DNA of 64,000 nt from Octopus vulgaris (taxonomy: Eukaryota), in assembly GCA_951406725.2 (NCBI GenBank), contig OX597822.1, forward strand, positions 46,810,001-46,874,000, written 5' to 3'. The notes below the pieces were generated by a model. It was not told where the DNA came from, did no database searches, and saw nothing but the letters and a program-made list of their open reading frames with translations. Positions 39,301-49,218 of this stretch are shown in pieces. The translations under genes and the position numbers were made by a program. Positions within the stretch are counted from its first letter, which is position 1. Each line of letters begins with the position of its first letter.

Positions 39301-42300
39301 GGAGAGAAACGAAAACAAGAGGGGTGCCAATATTTAACAATGAGTAGGGCAGCAAACTGGCAGAATTGTTAGCACACAGGGCAAAATGCTCAGCGGTACT
39401 TCATCTGCCATTACATTCTGAGTTCAAATTCCGCCGAGATCGACTTCGCCTTTCATTCTTTTGGAGTCAATTTAAATATGCACTGAGGTCGATGTAATCG
39501 ACTTAATTCACTTGTCTGTCCCCTCTATGTTTAGCCCCATGTGGGTAATAAAGAAATAAATATTTAAAAATGAGTGGATCAGAGTTGTTAAGTGTTCTGG
39601 ATTGCAAAGCAATGTGTCTAAGTGAATCAAGATGTTATTAGGGGGAAAAGTGAGTTTAAAATGACAGTGGTGCACTTCCCTCACTGATGTTAAAAACAAA
39701 ATGGTTTGGAAATGTTATGATGTGAGGCTAGGGACTGTGGAGGATATGTAGGAAGAAACAGGTTTACTCCAAATATATTCATCTGAGGGACCAGCTAAAA
39801 TGGCTACTAAGAAATGAAATTAGGGAAAGCTGCTACTCCTGGTAGCTACTAAATAGGACTCAAAACAGTCATTTGCATAGTCAATTAGGGAGTTCAGACA
39901 GTAATACTGAATGACTAGCCTAATGTTATCATCAAGTGCTACAAAGGCAAAGGAGAAGCTCTAGAAAGAAGCAGCAACTGCAGCGGGATCAAACAGACAG
40001 GCGGGTCAAGTTATGGGCTACTACTGATGCCTTCCCCCGAGAAAAGGACTGCAAAATTACTTCTTAGCTAAGACTGAGACTCTCTATCGAGCTTTTATAG
40101 ACCTGTGATAGGATACCAAGCACTGTAATCTGCTGGTCATTAAAAAAGACCAAGTGTAGATGAATGGCTTGTGAGATTAGTGCAAGGCATGTAGAGAGAA
40201 GCAGTCAGTTAAGTGAGAAATTTTGTGACAAGGTAGGCGTTCAACTCTTTAGCATTTACATTATTCTCTTAAATGTGATGCTTATTTCTTCACATTGTTT
40301 TGAATTAACCATGAATTATCTTATAGCTTCAAGATTTCAATGATGTGACTGTTTTAGCATTATGTCGTGCTTGAGAAGACCCATCAAGCCGAGCAAAATT
40401 GCAGCCATAGCAGACACCAGTTTCATGCAAATGGCGCCCGGGCTGGTGGCATGTAAAAGCACCCATTACACTCTCAGAGAGGTTGGCATTAGGAAGGGTA
40501 TCCAGCCATAGAAAACCAGACTGGATCCTGGCGCAGCCTTCTAGCATGTCAGCCCAGTCAAATCGTTCAACCCATACCAGCATGGAGAATGGACGCTAAA
40601 TGATGATGATGAAGACATTGTAGGGTAGGTGTGAGAGGTCAAATCTAATAAATAAAAGAGAGAAACTATTTTGGCTGTATATGGCCAGTTTAAGTGCTAA
40701 AGAGCTATTTATTGTGGCTCTCCAGGCCATAAAAGAAGAGTTTAAGACTGGATGGCCATGGAAATCCTTCTATAGGCTGATGAGTTAGTATTTATAACTG
40801 TATCAGATAGAAATCTGAAGAAATTCCAGACATGTAAGCAAAACCTAGAAGTAAGAAATTTTCAAAGTAAAACCAGTGAAGACTAAAGTTTTAGTAAAAC
40901 CGGATCCTGCTGCCATAAGGAAAATGGTCGTGTTCAATTTGCAGAAAAATACAAAGTAGGAATTCTGTATGGTGAACCCAATGTGAACTATGACGGCACA
41001 AGATGTCACGGGACCACATGGACAAGTATAAGTGACTAGACATGAACTATCAAACTCATAGATTGTTATCTAGGGGCATACAATTTAGTCTCATATGCTC
41101 TCCTGCAGTTAGTAGGGGTTTTTTTTTACTGTTCCGTCAAGGCTGGGGGGTGGTGCAATGATCACAATTTTTTTTATTTTATAGGGTCTTCAAGACTAAA
41201 CAAGAGGAAGGAAGACTTTAATCTCAAATATGACACTTGGTTTTAAAGGATTGCAAAAGAGTGGACACCACTAAAGCCACTCAAGGTGCTAGGTGATGGT
41301 GCTAAACCAGGTAACAAATTGATCTACCCTACAAGAGCCCAGAATGCAAAGAACTAGAAATACAGCAAAGCATCTCATCCAATGCTGTAACCATTCCGTA
41401 TGCACACCACCCTGGACTGGTACTTACATTATCAATACCAAAGAGATAAATGGCAAAGAAAGTCAAAACAAATACTGCAAGCCCCCTCTTGTCATGTCTC
41501 AATGACTTGACCAATTTGTTAAAATGGCAAAAATAAATGAATAAACAGGATGAAATGCTTTTGAAGTTTAGAAACCAACCTCTAACTCTACTTCTGCTCC
41601 ACTGTCCACTTCAACCCGAAGTTCAGATAAAGGTTCAAGCTTGTATTCTTCTGTGTGTGTCGTCTGAAAAGAGAAAAAAATTAATACATTGCTTACTTCT
41701 TTACTGTGTTCTATTAGATCTAGATCAAGGGTTCCACACATAGGGGGATCGCAAAGCCTAAGCAGGGGGGAGGGGTCGCATAGCCTTGCTAGAAGTGGCT
41801 TGGGATAATATTAATTTCAACTCATCAATTACATTTTTTATACTCTGCTTATGTTAGGGGGTCGCGTGGGTTTCAAGCTTTTAAGTAAGGGGTCGCAAGT
41901 GCAAAAGTTGGGAACCGCTGATCTCGATTTTTAAAAAAATCAACAAAACGTTCAAGAGAAATTTGAAATCCGAACGTGGTGATGAATGAAACTGTAGGTA
42001 AAAATAAAACTATGCGCTACTTTGTTTTCATGTCTCGATGAAAGTAGTGTTTATCTTGTCAAAAGTGAAGGAAGACTTTATCTGAACAAGGTAAAAGTTT
42101 TATTTCTACAATACTGCTAAATAAACCTGGCGGACTTCAAGAATAGCTGTTCCACATAAGTTGAAATTTCTCCGTCTTAGGATTTTTCCAATGGGGAAAC
42201 ATTTAAAAGACATTTTTAAACCCATGCTTTTTAAACGTCTGTCCTACTTCGTCGTACCTTTGGAACAGCATCCACCACTAAAATAAATCTTTTCGGCACT

Positions 42301-43160
42301 GTCATGCCTTTGGTTGTCAGAAGTGAAAGTAGAAAAATCTGACGTCAGTGCCATCTTTTCTTTTTTGTCCCCACTTTTCTGAGAAATTCCAAGTGATGCG
42401 GGTCAGCTATTCTGAAAGTCCACCACGTCTGTTCAAATTTATTATCGAGAAAAATATAACGCCACATAAAACTCGAGTTTTGTGAGGCAATGAGAGAGGC
42501 CACAAGTTTAAAGAAAGTAACTCTATCTCATGTATTTGATGTTAAAAAAGTCCAAGTCAATAAAATGGAATCAGGTTTTTTTTTTCTCAAGTCCATAACA
42601 GATTACCAACGTGTTGCTTGTTTATCAACAGGGGCAATCTTACATCATTAATATTAGGAGTGTCAAGGAAAAACCTTCATCTCCAGATCGAATCTGAGGA
42701 CACCTGATCAAAAAGACATTCCAGTCATAACCATCTCTCCTTTTTTCAGACTGTATTTGGCTTGTGTACAAAGTGATATAATTTGGTTACAATTTCTAGA
42801 AGGTTGAACGACAACGTAGAGACACCCAAGTTTGCTCTTATCGTGGAATGTTTGCATCATTTTAACGCAAGTATAAAAATGACGACAGAAATGAGTTTGG
42901 GTGTTCATCCTTGTTATTGATAGATAGATAGCTATAAAGATCAACAAGGAGTGAAAACATACATATTGGTCACATGTGACACAACACTGCCTTTTTATTT
43001 ATTGTAACATCTATATATATATATTATTAATTTAAATATGAATTGAGGATTTGAAAATAACTTCTGAGTGATCATTTTGAAAACGATTGAAAGTTGCTAA
43101 ATAAAATAATAAACCAATTCCACAAACCTCTTCTTTATTTTCACTTGAACTTCCCTCCAT
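4731..43160 (-). CDS. CLP1: CLP1 polyribonucleotide 5'-hydroxyl kinase, full gene span (13 coding exons, 428 aa)
   Basis: The 13 exons splice in consistent phase to 1287 nt. The translation is collinear with human CLP1 as I know it, from [11 protein letters not shown] through the Walker [22 protein letters not shown] and [11 protein letters not shown] to [22 protein letters not shown]. Confidence 0.97.
4942..5335 (+). mobile_element. Full-length tRNA-derived octopus-type SINE (most abundant family)
   Basis: Head gtggctgtgtggtaag..gggttcagtccc, CORE-like accttgggcaa, tail gcggtgctccagcatggcc..gactgaaac. Other copies at about 1505-1605, 6555-6935(-), 9178-9505(-), 9735-10250(-), 26500-26880(-), 27330-27675(-), 29980-30120, 34675-35000, 36375-36695(-), 59895-60230(-). 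Confidence 0.9.
5607..5697 (-). CDS. CLP1: CLP1 exon 12 ([30 protein letters not shown])
   Basis: Matches human HHLLSVS...VAGFIVV; ttttcag acceptor, gtaagt donor. Confidence 0.95.
7777..7935. repeat. GA-rich low-complexity tract (pyrimidine-rich in the CLP1 pre-mRNA just after exon 11)
   Basis: Degenerate (GA)n; explains the L/S-rich ORFs at 7661-7994. Confidence 0.85.
7943..8023 (-). CDS. CLP1: CLP1 exon 11 ([27 protein letters not shown])
   Basis: PDSCLPLGM and KLVPV motifs; cttttag acceptor, gtaatt donor. Confidence 0.96.
9555..9693 (-). CDS. CLP1: CLP1 exon 10 ([23 protein letters not shown]...[12 protein letters not shown])
   Basis: Lid RxxxxR and IREYFYG motifs; ttattag acceptor, gtgagt donor. 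Confidence 0.96.
10320..10420 (-). CDS. CLP1: CLP1 exon 9 ([34 protein letters not shown])
   Basis: Near-identical to human [23 protein letters not shown]; ttgcag acceptor, gtaagg donor. Confidence 0.97.
10495..10660 (+). repeat. About 41-bp tandem units within an RTE-type 3' tail
   Basis: ctttcgagcgttgggcctcacagaggcaaagtggctgagttc four times; same units inverted at about 16150-16330 and 33180-33240. Confidence 0.8.
11745..11896. repeat. Minisatellite, units of 27/22/27/22/27/27 bp
   Basis: gagtatatga(a/g)cagg(g/a)atgaaa(tgaaa) repeated six times. Confidence 0.9.
11960..12400 (-). mobile_element. Possible decayed L1/Tx1-like 3' ORF remnant
   Basis: Weak KVKVER...F.KR..MN pattern; low confidence. 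Confidence 0.35.
13343..13432 (-). CDS. CLP1: CLP1 exon 8 ([30 protein letters not shown])
   Basis: Clasp motif INTxGW; tttcag acceptor, gtcagt donor. Confidence 0.96.
13746..14032. mobile_element. hAT (Charlie-like) MITE
   Basis: TIR CAGTAGTTCCCAAA...TTTAGGAACCACTG; 8-bp TSD atgtaaac/gtgtaaac. Confidence 0.8.
14194..14290. mobile_element. Small palindromic MITE-like element
   Basis: tacagagtgacagcactaag..gatgtgta versus tacacatcacagcttagcactgtcatcctgtg as imperfect inverted arms. Confidence 0.55.
14500..14673 (-). CDS. CLP1: CLP1 exon 7 ([15 protein letters not shown]...VYHFG...[10 protein letters not shown]...CEANKK)
   Basis: Matches human [21 protein letters not shown]; gtaagt donor; tandem CAG acceptor. 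Confidence 0.95.
14905..15201 (+). mobile_element. Non-autonomous retroelement carrying the hammerhead motif
   Basis: Flanked by a 13-bp duplication atagggaagttgt (14892-14904 and 15202-15214); has a B-box-like gagtttgattcc, a (TAA)n tract and the hammerhead. Confidence 0.6.
15126..15171 (+). ncRNA. Minimal Penelope-type hammerhead ribozyme, G12A-inactivated copy
   Basis: gacac-CTGAAGA-a-ggctg..cagcc-(A)AAA-cgtt-gtgtt, with a palindromic ACGT stem III. Confidence 0.6.
16813..17354. mobile_element. piggyBac-type MITE interrupted by a SINE
   Basis: TTAA flanks; inverted copy of 3963-4183 with a SINE inserted inside its terminal repeat. Confidence 0.8.
16823..17132 (+). mobile_element. tRNA-derived SINE with a 12-bp TSD
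   Basis: A/B-box-like head, (AAC)n tail, TSD aacccttttgtt at 16811-16822 and 17133-17144. Its head is shared with the minus-strand SINE at about 12503-12883. Confidence 0.85.
17504..17641 (+). pseudogene. Isolated CDK12/CDK13 kinase C-lobe fragment
   Basis: [46 protein letters not shown] resembles human CDK12 [46 protein letters not shown]; there are no intact splice sites and no other CDK exons. Confidence 0.8.
18452..18479 (-). CDS. CLP1: CLP1 exon 6, 28-nt microexon (SMISIPGTL+G)
   Basis: tttgtttccag acceptor, gtaagt donor; supplies the conserved SIPGT motif and the phase needed by exon 7. Confidence 0.93.
20030..20143 (-). CDS. CLP1: CLP1 exon 5, P-loop ([38 protein letters not shown])
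   Basis: Walker A GxxxxGKST and the DxDVGQ motif; poly-T..gtag acceptor, gtgagt donor. Confidence 0.97.
21297..21800 (+). mobile_element. Internally deleted mariner transposon
   Basis: TIRs cacaaggtctgatcaagaagt / actatttgatcagacttcgta; transposase remnants [29 protein letters not shown] and DYFEGD*. Confidence 0.88.
22031..22156 (-). CDS. CLP1: CLP1 exon 4 ([42 protein letters not shown])
   Basis: Matches human [31 protein letters not shown]; AC acceptor, gtgagt donor. Confidence 0.96.
22157..23607 (-). other. U12-type (minor spliceosome) AT-AC intron 3 of CLP1
   Basis: 5' end ATATCCTTT, branch point TCCTTAAT at 22174-22167, terminal AC at 22158-22157; joining gives the gap-free in-frame GCSIK|LIGKTE. 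Confidence 0.93.
23608..23721 (-). CDS. CLP1: CLP1 exon 3 ([38 protein letters not shown])
   Basis: ttttgcag acceptor; AEVFGTEL and AVFTWHGC motifs; ends at the U12 donor ATATCCTTT. Confidence 0.96.
25365..25572. repeat. Dispersed repeat with an internal palindrome; second copy at about 5370-5565
   Basis: Shared aacccatcagattaatgtaaaa..ataactgaacataaaa; inverted ctaagccat..atggcttag. Confidence 0.65.
33290..33970 (-). mobile_element. RTE LINE 3' fragment
   Basis: [40 protein letters not shown]. Similar 3' fragments at 16440-16690(-) (RRLRWYG..RPRKTW), about 21080-21240(-) and 49840-50200(+). Confidence 0.88.
34457..34674. mobile_element. Palindromic Tc1/mariner-type MITE
   Basis: TA-CAGT...ACTG-TA ends, imperfect inverted arms of about 100 bp. 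Confidence 0.75.
38030..38850 (+). mobile_element. Decayed RTE-clade LINE (AP endonuclease to start of RT)
   Basis: Remnants [45 protein letters not shown] and [18 protein letters not shown], with stops and frameshifts. Confidence 0.85.
38960..39298 (+). mobile_element. RTE-associated SINE with internal tandem modules and an (ATG)n tail
   Basis: Repeated ggtggcacgtaaaaagcacc modules, then ttggcgttaggaagggcatccagctgtagaa and acgttaaacgatgatg. Copies at about 243-560, 7095-7480, 10700-10978, 14375-14491, 15228-15510(-), 15960-16090(-), 17740-17960, 32845-33060(-), 34045-34420, 35660-36050(-), 40360-40610, 50710-50845(-), 55570-55910(-), 58695-59022. Confidence 0.88.
39347..39560 (+). mobile_element. 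SINE with a Nin/Deu-type central domain
   Basis: ctggcagaattgttagca..ttctgagttcaaattccgccgag..gcctttcat(c/t)cttt. Copies at about 13000-13190(-), 17975-18410(-, two), 23975-24185, 26000-26225(-), 60245-60430. Confidence 0.8.
39570..41020 (+). mobile_element. Decayed RTE LINE RT fragment, split by a MITE/SINE insertion (about 40240-40690)
   Basis: [32 protein letters not shown] and [14 protein letters not shown]. Confidence 0.8.
41580..41663 (-). CDS. CLP1: CLP1 exon 2 ([28 protein letters not shown])
   Basis: ttttctcttttcag acceptor, gttggt donor; matches human [22 protein letters not shown]. Confidence 0.93.
41726..41920. mobile_element. hAT (Charlie-like) MITE
   Basis: CAAGGGTTCC...TTGGGAACCGCTG ends, internal GGGGTCGC repeats, 8-bp TSD atctagat/atctcgat. 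Confidence 0.8.
42126..42428. repeat. Old imperfect inverted repeat in CLP1 intron 1
   Basis: ggcggacttcaagaatagctg..gaaatttctc (42129-42172) mirrors gagaaattcc..cagctattctgaaagtccacc (42381-42425). Confidence 0.6.
43128..43160 (-). CDS. CLP1: CLP1 coding exon 1 ([11 protein letters not shown])
   Basis: caagATGG start context, phase-0 donor GAG|gtttgt, acidic N-terminus of about the human length; lies in the CpG-rich promoter region. Confidence 0.8.
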
Positions 43161-43632
43161 CTTGAATAGCAAAAATTTACGATGAAGGCAAGTCTCACAT
43201 GAGCGAGAAAAAGTAAAAATACTGATATTTTTTCTTTTTCAACAAAATAATATTTAATTATTATAAACTTTAAAAAACCTAAAGAAATAATAAACTATAC
43301 ATCTTAATTATAATTTAACTATTTTCGGATTATTATTAGTATTGAAAACAAAATAACAAAAACCTATATCTATATCTTCTAAAAAAAATCCCTCACAACG
43401 CGATCACAACGAGATTACATACATTTGTTTCGGTTTCACTGTTTTCTTTCTTATGATTATACTTTTTCGAGTTTATTCAATAAAAAAAAATCTTAAAATT
43501 TCATTAAACTTTCAAATAAATATTTATTTTTGCTGAAATTAATTTACCTAAAGCAACTAGGAAACGAGAGAAGAAAAAAAATAATAATAAGCAAACGACG
43601 AAAGAGGAAGACGTGTGTGGTTTGTGTATAAA

Positions 43633-43649
43633 GCGGTGCATGCTGGGAA
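43633..43649 (-). promoter_or_regulatory. Staf/ZNF143-type binding site in the putative bidirectional promoter
   Basis: The minus strand reads TTCCCAGCATGCACCGC, matching the SBS consensus YYCCCANNATGCMYYRC; it lies between the CLP1 ATG and a divergent splice donor. Confidence 0.55.
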
Positions 43650-43659
43650 AGTTTGTGCA

Positions 43660-43825
43660 GTCCTTGTATCTGCTGCTGTCAGACATTTGGATCAGTATAA
43701 GGAAGACGGAGAAACTGGCCAAGCAACATTAAAACAACTCAAGTGGCACTCACTAATTCTTCTTCTTTAGTTTAGCCACATCTTTGTGTGTGTGTGTTTT
43801 TTTTTCTTTTTCCTGCGAGGTAAGT
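43660..43825 (+). other. Putative non-coding first exon and 5' splice site of an unidentified divergent gene
   Basis: Consensus donor GAG|GTAAGT at 43819/43820. The plus strand switches from A-rich to T-rich here, and CpGs are retained over about 41.7-47.5 kb. The start position is uncertain. Confidence 0.55.
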
Positions 43826-46800
43826 GAAGTCATCGCCAACTGCTTGCCATTTACAGTTTCTCTCTTTTTTTAAAAAATAATCTCTGGCTTGTGTAAAATG
43901 TCTCGAAAGTTCATTTGATCTAATTTACCCTCCATTTGTATGTGTACAATATTTTTAGGTAGCTATCTTGCAATATCATGTATGCATACACTGCAAGCTA
44001 TTTCTGTATAAATGTTAAATATATGAAACATATAATGTGCACTTGATATTTTTCCGTTTCCATGTATACTCGCCATTTAAATATCTGGCTGTGTGTATGT
44101 ATGTATATATATATGTATATATATATATATCATACACACGCCATTGATAGGTGTATGTACATCTTCTCCTTTACTATATATTTATGTATATTCACCATAT
44201 GTATGCACTCTTCTTCTGATGTATATATACATATTATTATTAGTATGTTTACATCATCTATGGTATGTGTGTATATGTATGCTCGCCATATGTAAGTATA
44301 TTACACAATTTCTGTGTTTATATAACCTTCCGTTTATAAGTTTCTACACCCTTTATTTGAATGTGTACGCCTTATAAACCCCTCTGTTCTTTGTATGCGG
44401 GTGTGTATTTGTTAATGTACGTTTCCTAGTTGGTCTCGTACTCAACAATGGAAACCTAACCCAATGGATTCACTTGTGCTTGACTGCAGTGTTCTGTTCT
44501 AATACTTTCATCCGTGTGACACACATATCTTATATACACACACGCACCATGTATCTATCTATATGTATATACACACACAGATCTTTTATGTGGGTTTTAA
44601 AATTCTCTGGAAATACTAGTGGGTTTGGGAAATCACAAACCGTATTTATGTTGAAGTTTACAGAGCATTACTATATATTACTTTCGTGTATGTGTTTGTT
44701 ACCTTTTATTATAGAGAAATAATAGTATTAAGTGGTAATCAGTATTGATCAAACGTTATATTTGCGTGTGTATATGTATGTGTACATGCACACAAATACG
44801 TTTTTTTTAAAAAATTTAGTCTGAAACATTGACTAGGAAGAGGCATGTCTACAAATATTCATTTTAACGTATTTTTTATTATATATGTTGTATTTATAAA
44901 TAGCTATTGCGTCTGTGTATATATACTAATACAGACGCAATACAGAGTATAATGTCTCTACTTTCGGATTGTCTCGATAAAAGAGCTTTATAGTAGCATA
45001 TCAAAGATAGAGGAAGTGAAATCTCTCTCTGTACACGTACATTACACACACATTACACACACACATTACACACACACACACACACACAGTATATATATAC
45101 CTACATAATGTGTGTAGAGAGAGAAAGGTGGGTAACTGAGATTACACGCTTTTTCGGAGTAATTTCTCAGAATATTGTATTGGAACGGAACTTGCAGAAC
45201 AGCTCAGCTTTGTATAAAGAGAAATATTGGTTTTGATGGTGGAAATGCTGATATAATAGAAGTGGGCTTGTTTTCCTAGTAACTATCTTAGACCTTTCCA
45301 CACGAGTATCATATTTTATATCATTCTATCTATATAAATGGCGGTGCCCCAGCATGGCCACAGCTCATAAGCTGAAACTAGAATCAATCAATCATATATA
45401 TATATATATATATAACCGCATACAGTCTAGTGGGAATTTAAAACCTCCATCCCTTAACTCGCTGTGAATACGTCGACATAATTATTTTCCATCAATTTCC
45501 TATTGATTTCTTTTACTTTTCTGGTCCTATTCTTTTATTCATTGTTAGCTGCATTTTTTTAAGTTCAACTCCAGTCGGGATTGACATAGCTTAGAAACCA
45601 ACTCGGCTTTAGAAATAGTATTAAATCTTGTTTTTGGTTTCAAAACACATCCGCTTCCCACAAATTTGTATTCTTATGCCGAAGTCAGAAAGTGTGTGTG
45701 TGTATATAGAAATCGACAGTTTGGCTGAAACGAATCTTATCCTTCGTAAATCGAGTTCAAATCCAATAGTTTATTTTAATCCCACCCACTTTTTAAAATC
45801 GATATAAAAAAAAATAAACTACCAATATATTGAATAGGTTCAGTCAACCCTCCCCTTCCTCCAGAGAATATCTACTACTGTGTTTGCTTCGTAAAAGATA
45901 AATTTATAATAAATGCGTATACGTATGTAATGTACACGCAGTTAAGAGTTTGTTTACAAATAGCTAAGTATGGCGAGACAGGATCAACTGTTTGTGTAGG
46001 TCTCACTTCTTCCATGGCTCATGGCCGTCCAATGTGTCTCCTTTATATTTTATTTAACAACTACTTCCAGCAGTTTCCGTCGATGCACTGCAAATCCCTC
46101 GAGTTTTTTTGAATAAACGACCAGACAATAAGTTTAGCTGATTGATAGGAATTTTCTGGAAGCACTCAATCAAGACGAGTGTGATAAAACAGGATTAGAC
46201 GGGTTCTATTGTTGCGGTTGTAACCAAGTTTATGTGTAAACTAATATATATGGATGGATTAATGTTTGGAAAATTTCAAGACTGAAGCTGGGAAGGAGAC
46301 ATATGGCTTTTGTTTATTTTTTTAGGTTAAAAAACCCATTTAAAATGTACACATTACAATGTGTAGGCTGTTCATATGTAAACCGGATTACATGTCCTAA
46401 ACTAGCTTAGGGAGTTGAAAATAAAAGGAGTACACAATGTCGCGACACTCTTCCCTATGTTTTGGGAAATTTCTAGAAACCAAATTCGCATGTAATCGTT
46501 CACTTAAGTAACCCTATGCGTCTTAATTTTTATACTGTTTTTAATGTTATACTCTGTTAAGTCATTTCGTCCGATGGTCTGTAAAAACAAATATTTAAAA
46601 AAAAAACCATCTTTAATATTTCAAACTATTTAGAATGTTTATTTCATTCTGCGAATATTTCCCTAATGATGGAAACACGACCATATCGTTGGAATAACAA
46701 ATCCAAAACTGAACGCCAGATGAATTTCTCAAACCTGTTTAAAAAGGGAAAATGCTGTAGTTCTAAGTAGAAAATCGAACCCAACCGTTATCCCTTAAAC

Positions 46801-49218
46801 TATTTTGATAAACTTTAAATTTTTTTTTCTCTTTTTATTGCTGAGACGCTCTGATTGTGTATAAGGTTTCGATAGTTTTTCTTCCTTTAGTGGTTTGTAT
46901 CGACTAATTTACTTCGTTTCAGTTATTATTGGCGTTTCTTTTTTTTTTTTTTATGGAGAGTGAAGACAACGTGGGGTTTGAACACTGAAATTTTTTCTGT
47001 TGATCGGACGCTCTGTTCTTTTTCTTTTTTAGTTTTGTCCGGAATTTTTTTCTCTCTATTAAACGCTATTGTTCGTTATCAAATTAAAAGAAACGGTTCT
47101 CTTTTGCCACACTGAATTGTTCACTGATCTTGGTTCCCAAGGTCTGTAAAATACGTTATTATAAACATATATACCTTACTACAAAAAGAGGTGAGGGACT
47201 TTACGAAAAATTAGTTTCATCAGCTGCTTTTGATAAACTGTTTCAAATTATTCATAGTTAGTTGAATGCATACACAAGTTTGTCTTGTTTACTCTTTACG
47301 TCTCTGGGACTAGAATGGATGTTTGCGAAATGGTGATAATATTTAGGGACAGACGGGAGATAAGGATTAATGAACGTTTAAAAAGCAATTTAAAGACATT
47401 TCTCATTTCCTATTCTTTGCAAAGGAGAATTTTTGTTGGCAGTGTTTCGTCCAGCTTTCGACAGTCATGAAATAGTCCCTCAAGGATAAGTATATGAGGG
47501 TGAAAGATGTGAAAAGATATGAATTCTTTAAGTTTTTCAATATCATGTTTTCCTTTGCATGAAACAACACAAGAATATTATATGACAAAACATATTCCCT
47601 TTATCCTTTCCTAGAGGTGTTGGATTTCGTTTTCCAAAACGTCCTGATGCTCTCTTTCAAATAACTGGCATTTATGTGGGTGGGTTTGATTAAGAGGTGT
47701 GTTGTTAGTTTTAAAAAGCAACAAAAGTTATTATAGTGGCAGTGGAAGACTCCAGAATTTCACACCTTTCCAACCCACCCTCCATTTAAATCTGAAATCT
47801 GTTTCAAGAAAGTAGCTGAGATTATTTTTACAGCATTAACTCGTACATCCTTTTGTGCATTAAATGCAATATTGTCTTTATTTACAAGTGTGTGTATTTA
47901 AGCTTACTGAATATGTAGTTCCTCGTCAACTATGAAAGAACTGATTATATTTGCTACTCTGTATCAAAGCTGTGTCTTGCAGCAGGGATAGTTGTCATGC
48001 AGAGGTAGACCAAGAAAGGAATAAATGAATTTAAATAAAACACTTAAATATGACAGACTAATAGAGGTATGCAGTGACATGTATAAACATGTTGAAACAG
48101 TGAGTTTATTCGCTGTTCCCTTATAAAATGGGAAACTTTTATGAATTTAATTTATTAGTATTTATGAGTATTTAGTAACTAAATACTCATAGAAACAAGT
48201 TTCTTGTATTTTACCCAAATTGTTCAAGCCCTTCATTTACCCATCTATTGAATAAAGGGTGTTAAAGTAAGGGCAGGTAATTCATGTGGTTGAGATTCTG
48301 TTAGTATCTTATTTCTTGAGTGTAATATTCAAGTCATTAATTTAATGAATGTATATTTATTTCCCATAGTAAGGATGAGATAGTTTCAGTTCACTTGGGA
48401 ATTGTTGGTAAAATTTTGTTATTGTTTTACAGTAAAGTGATATTGCTAATTCTTGTGAACTGGGAATATACATATTATGTATAATCAGCATGGTAAAATA
48501 GTGTACTTTACCTAGAGACATGACACCGGTTAATGTTTTGAACACATAATCAGTAGTTCATCACTAACTGACCACTTAATCTGTTCGAAATATTTTTATA
48601 TGGTAACAAGTTTTAACAGTTTAATGCATTGTATCTCTTGAAGCTTGTTAACTTCAGTATTGTACATATTAACTATATGGTCTGATATTGGCTGGTTTTA
48701 TTGCAACACTACATTTTAGTGAAGTGTAACACAAGCTATTTTTTGGTAAAAGTTCAACACCAAATTTACATATCCACACTAAATACATTTTGTTGGCTGT
48801 TTTTGGTTAGTAATAGTTAATCCAGAAATTACTGAAGGGATTTTGTTGATAGATATTTAGAAAGATTTTACATCCTTCTGCTTTATGAAATTTAAGAATT
48901 TTTAATACAATAGTTTCTTTATTAGTATTACATGGTAGTGATATATTCTGATTACAATACTTTGGTAAGTAAAAGTTCATTGTTTCTGATCTTGTTACAT
49001 AATCACACAAAAAACTGGGTTAAAATTAACAAAAGATTAAAATATATATGGAAACAACTTGTATTTTATTGCCTAAATATTTTAAATAAAAATTATGGTA
49101 AAACAAAATTCTGTCTTTTGTGTGGAATAAAAAATCATTAGCATTTATCAAGTCATATCAGAATGAATTAAAAACTGGAGTGGCTGCGATCAACTGAAAC
49201 CCTTTTTAATATACATGA

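Noticed and set aside
43627-43732. TATAAA box and a 30-codon ORF (MLGKFVQSLY...) near the divergent exon
   Set aside because: The ATG lies within the ZNF143-like motif only a few bases after the TATA, so it is unlikely to be in the transcript; neither can be supported without TSS data.
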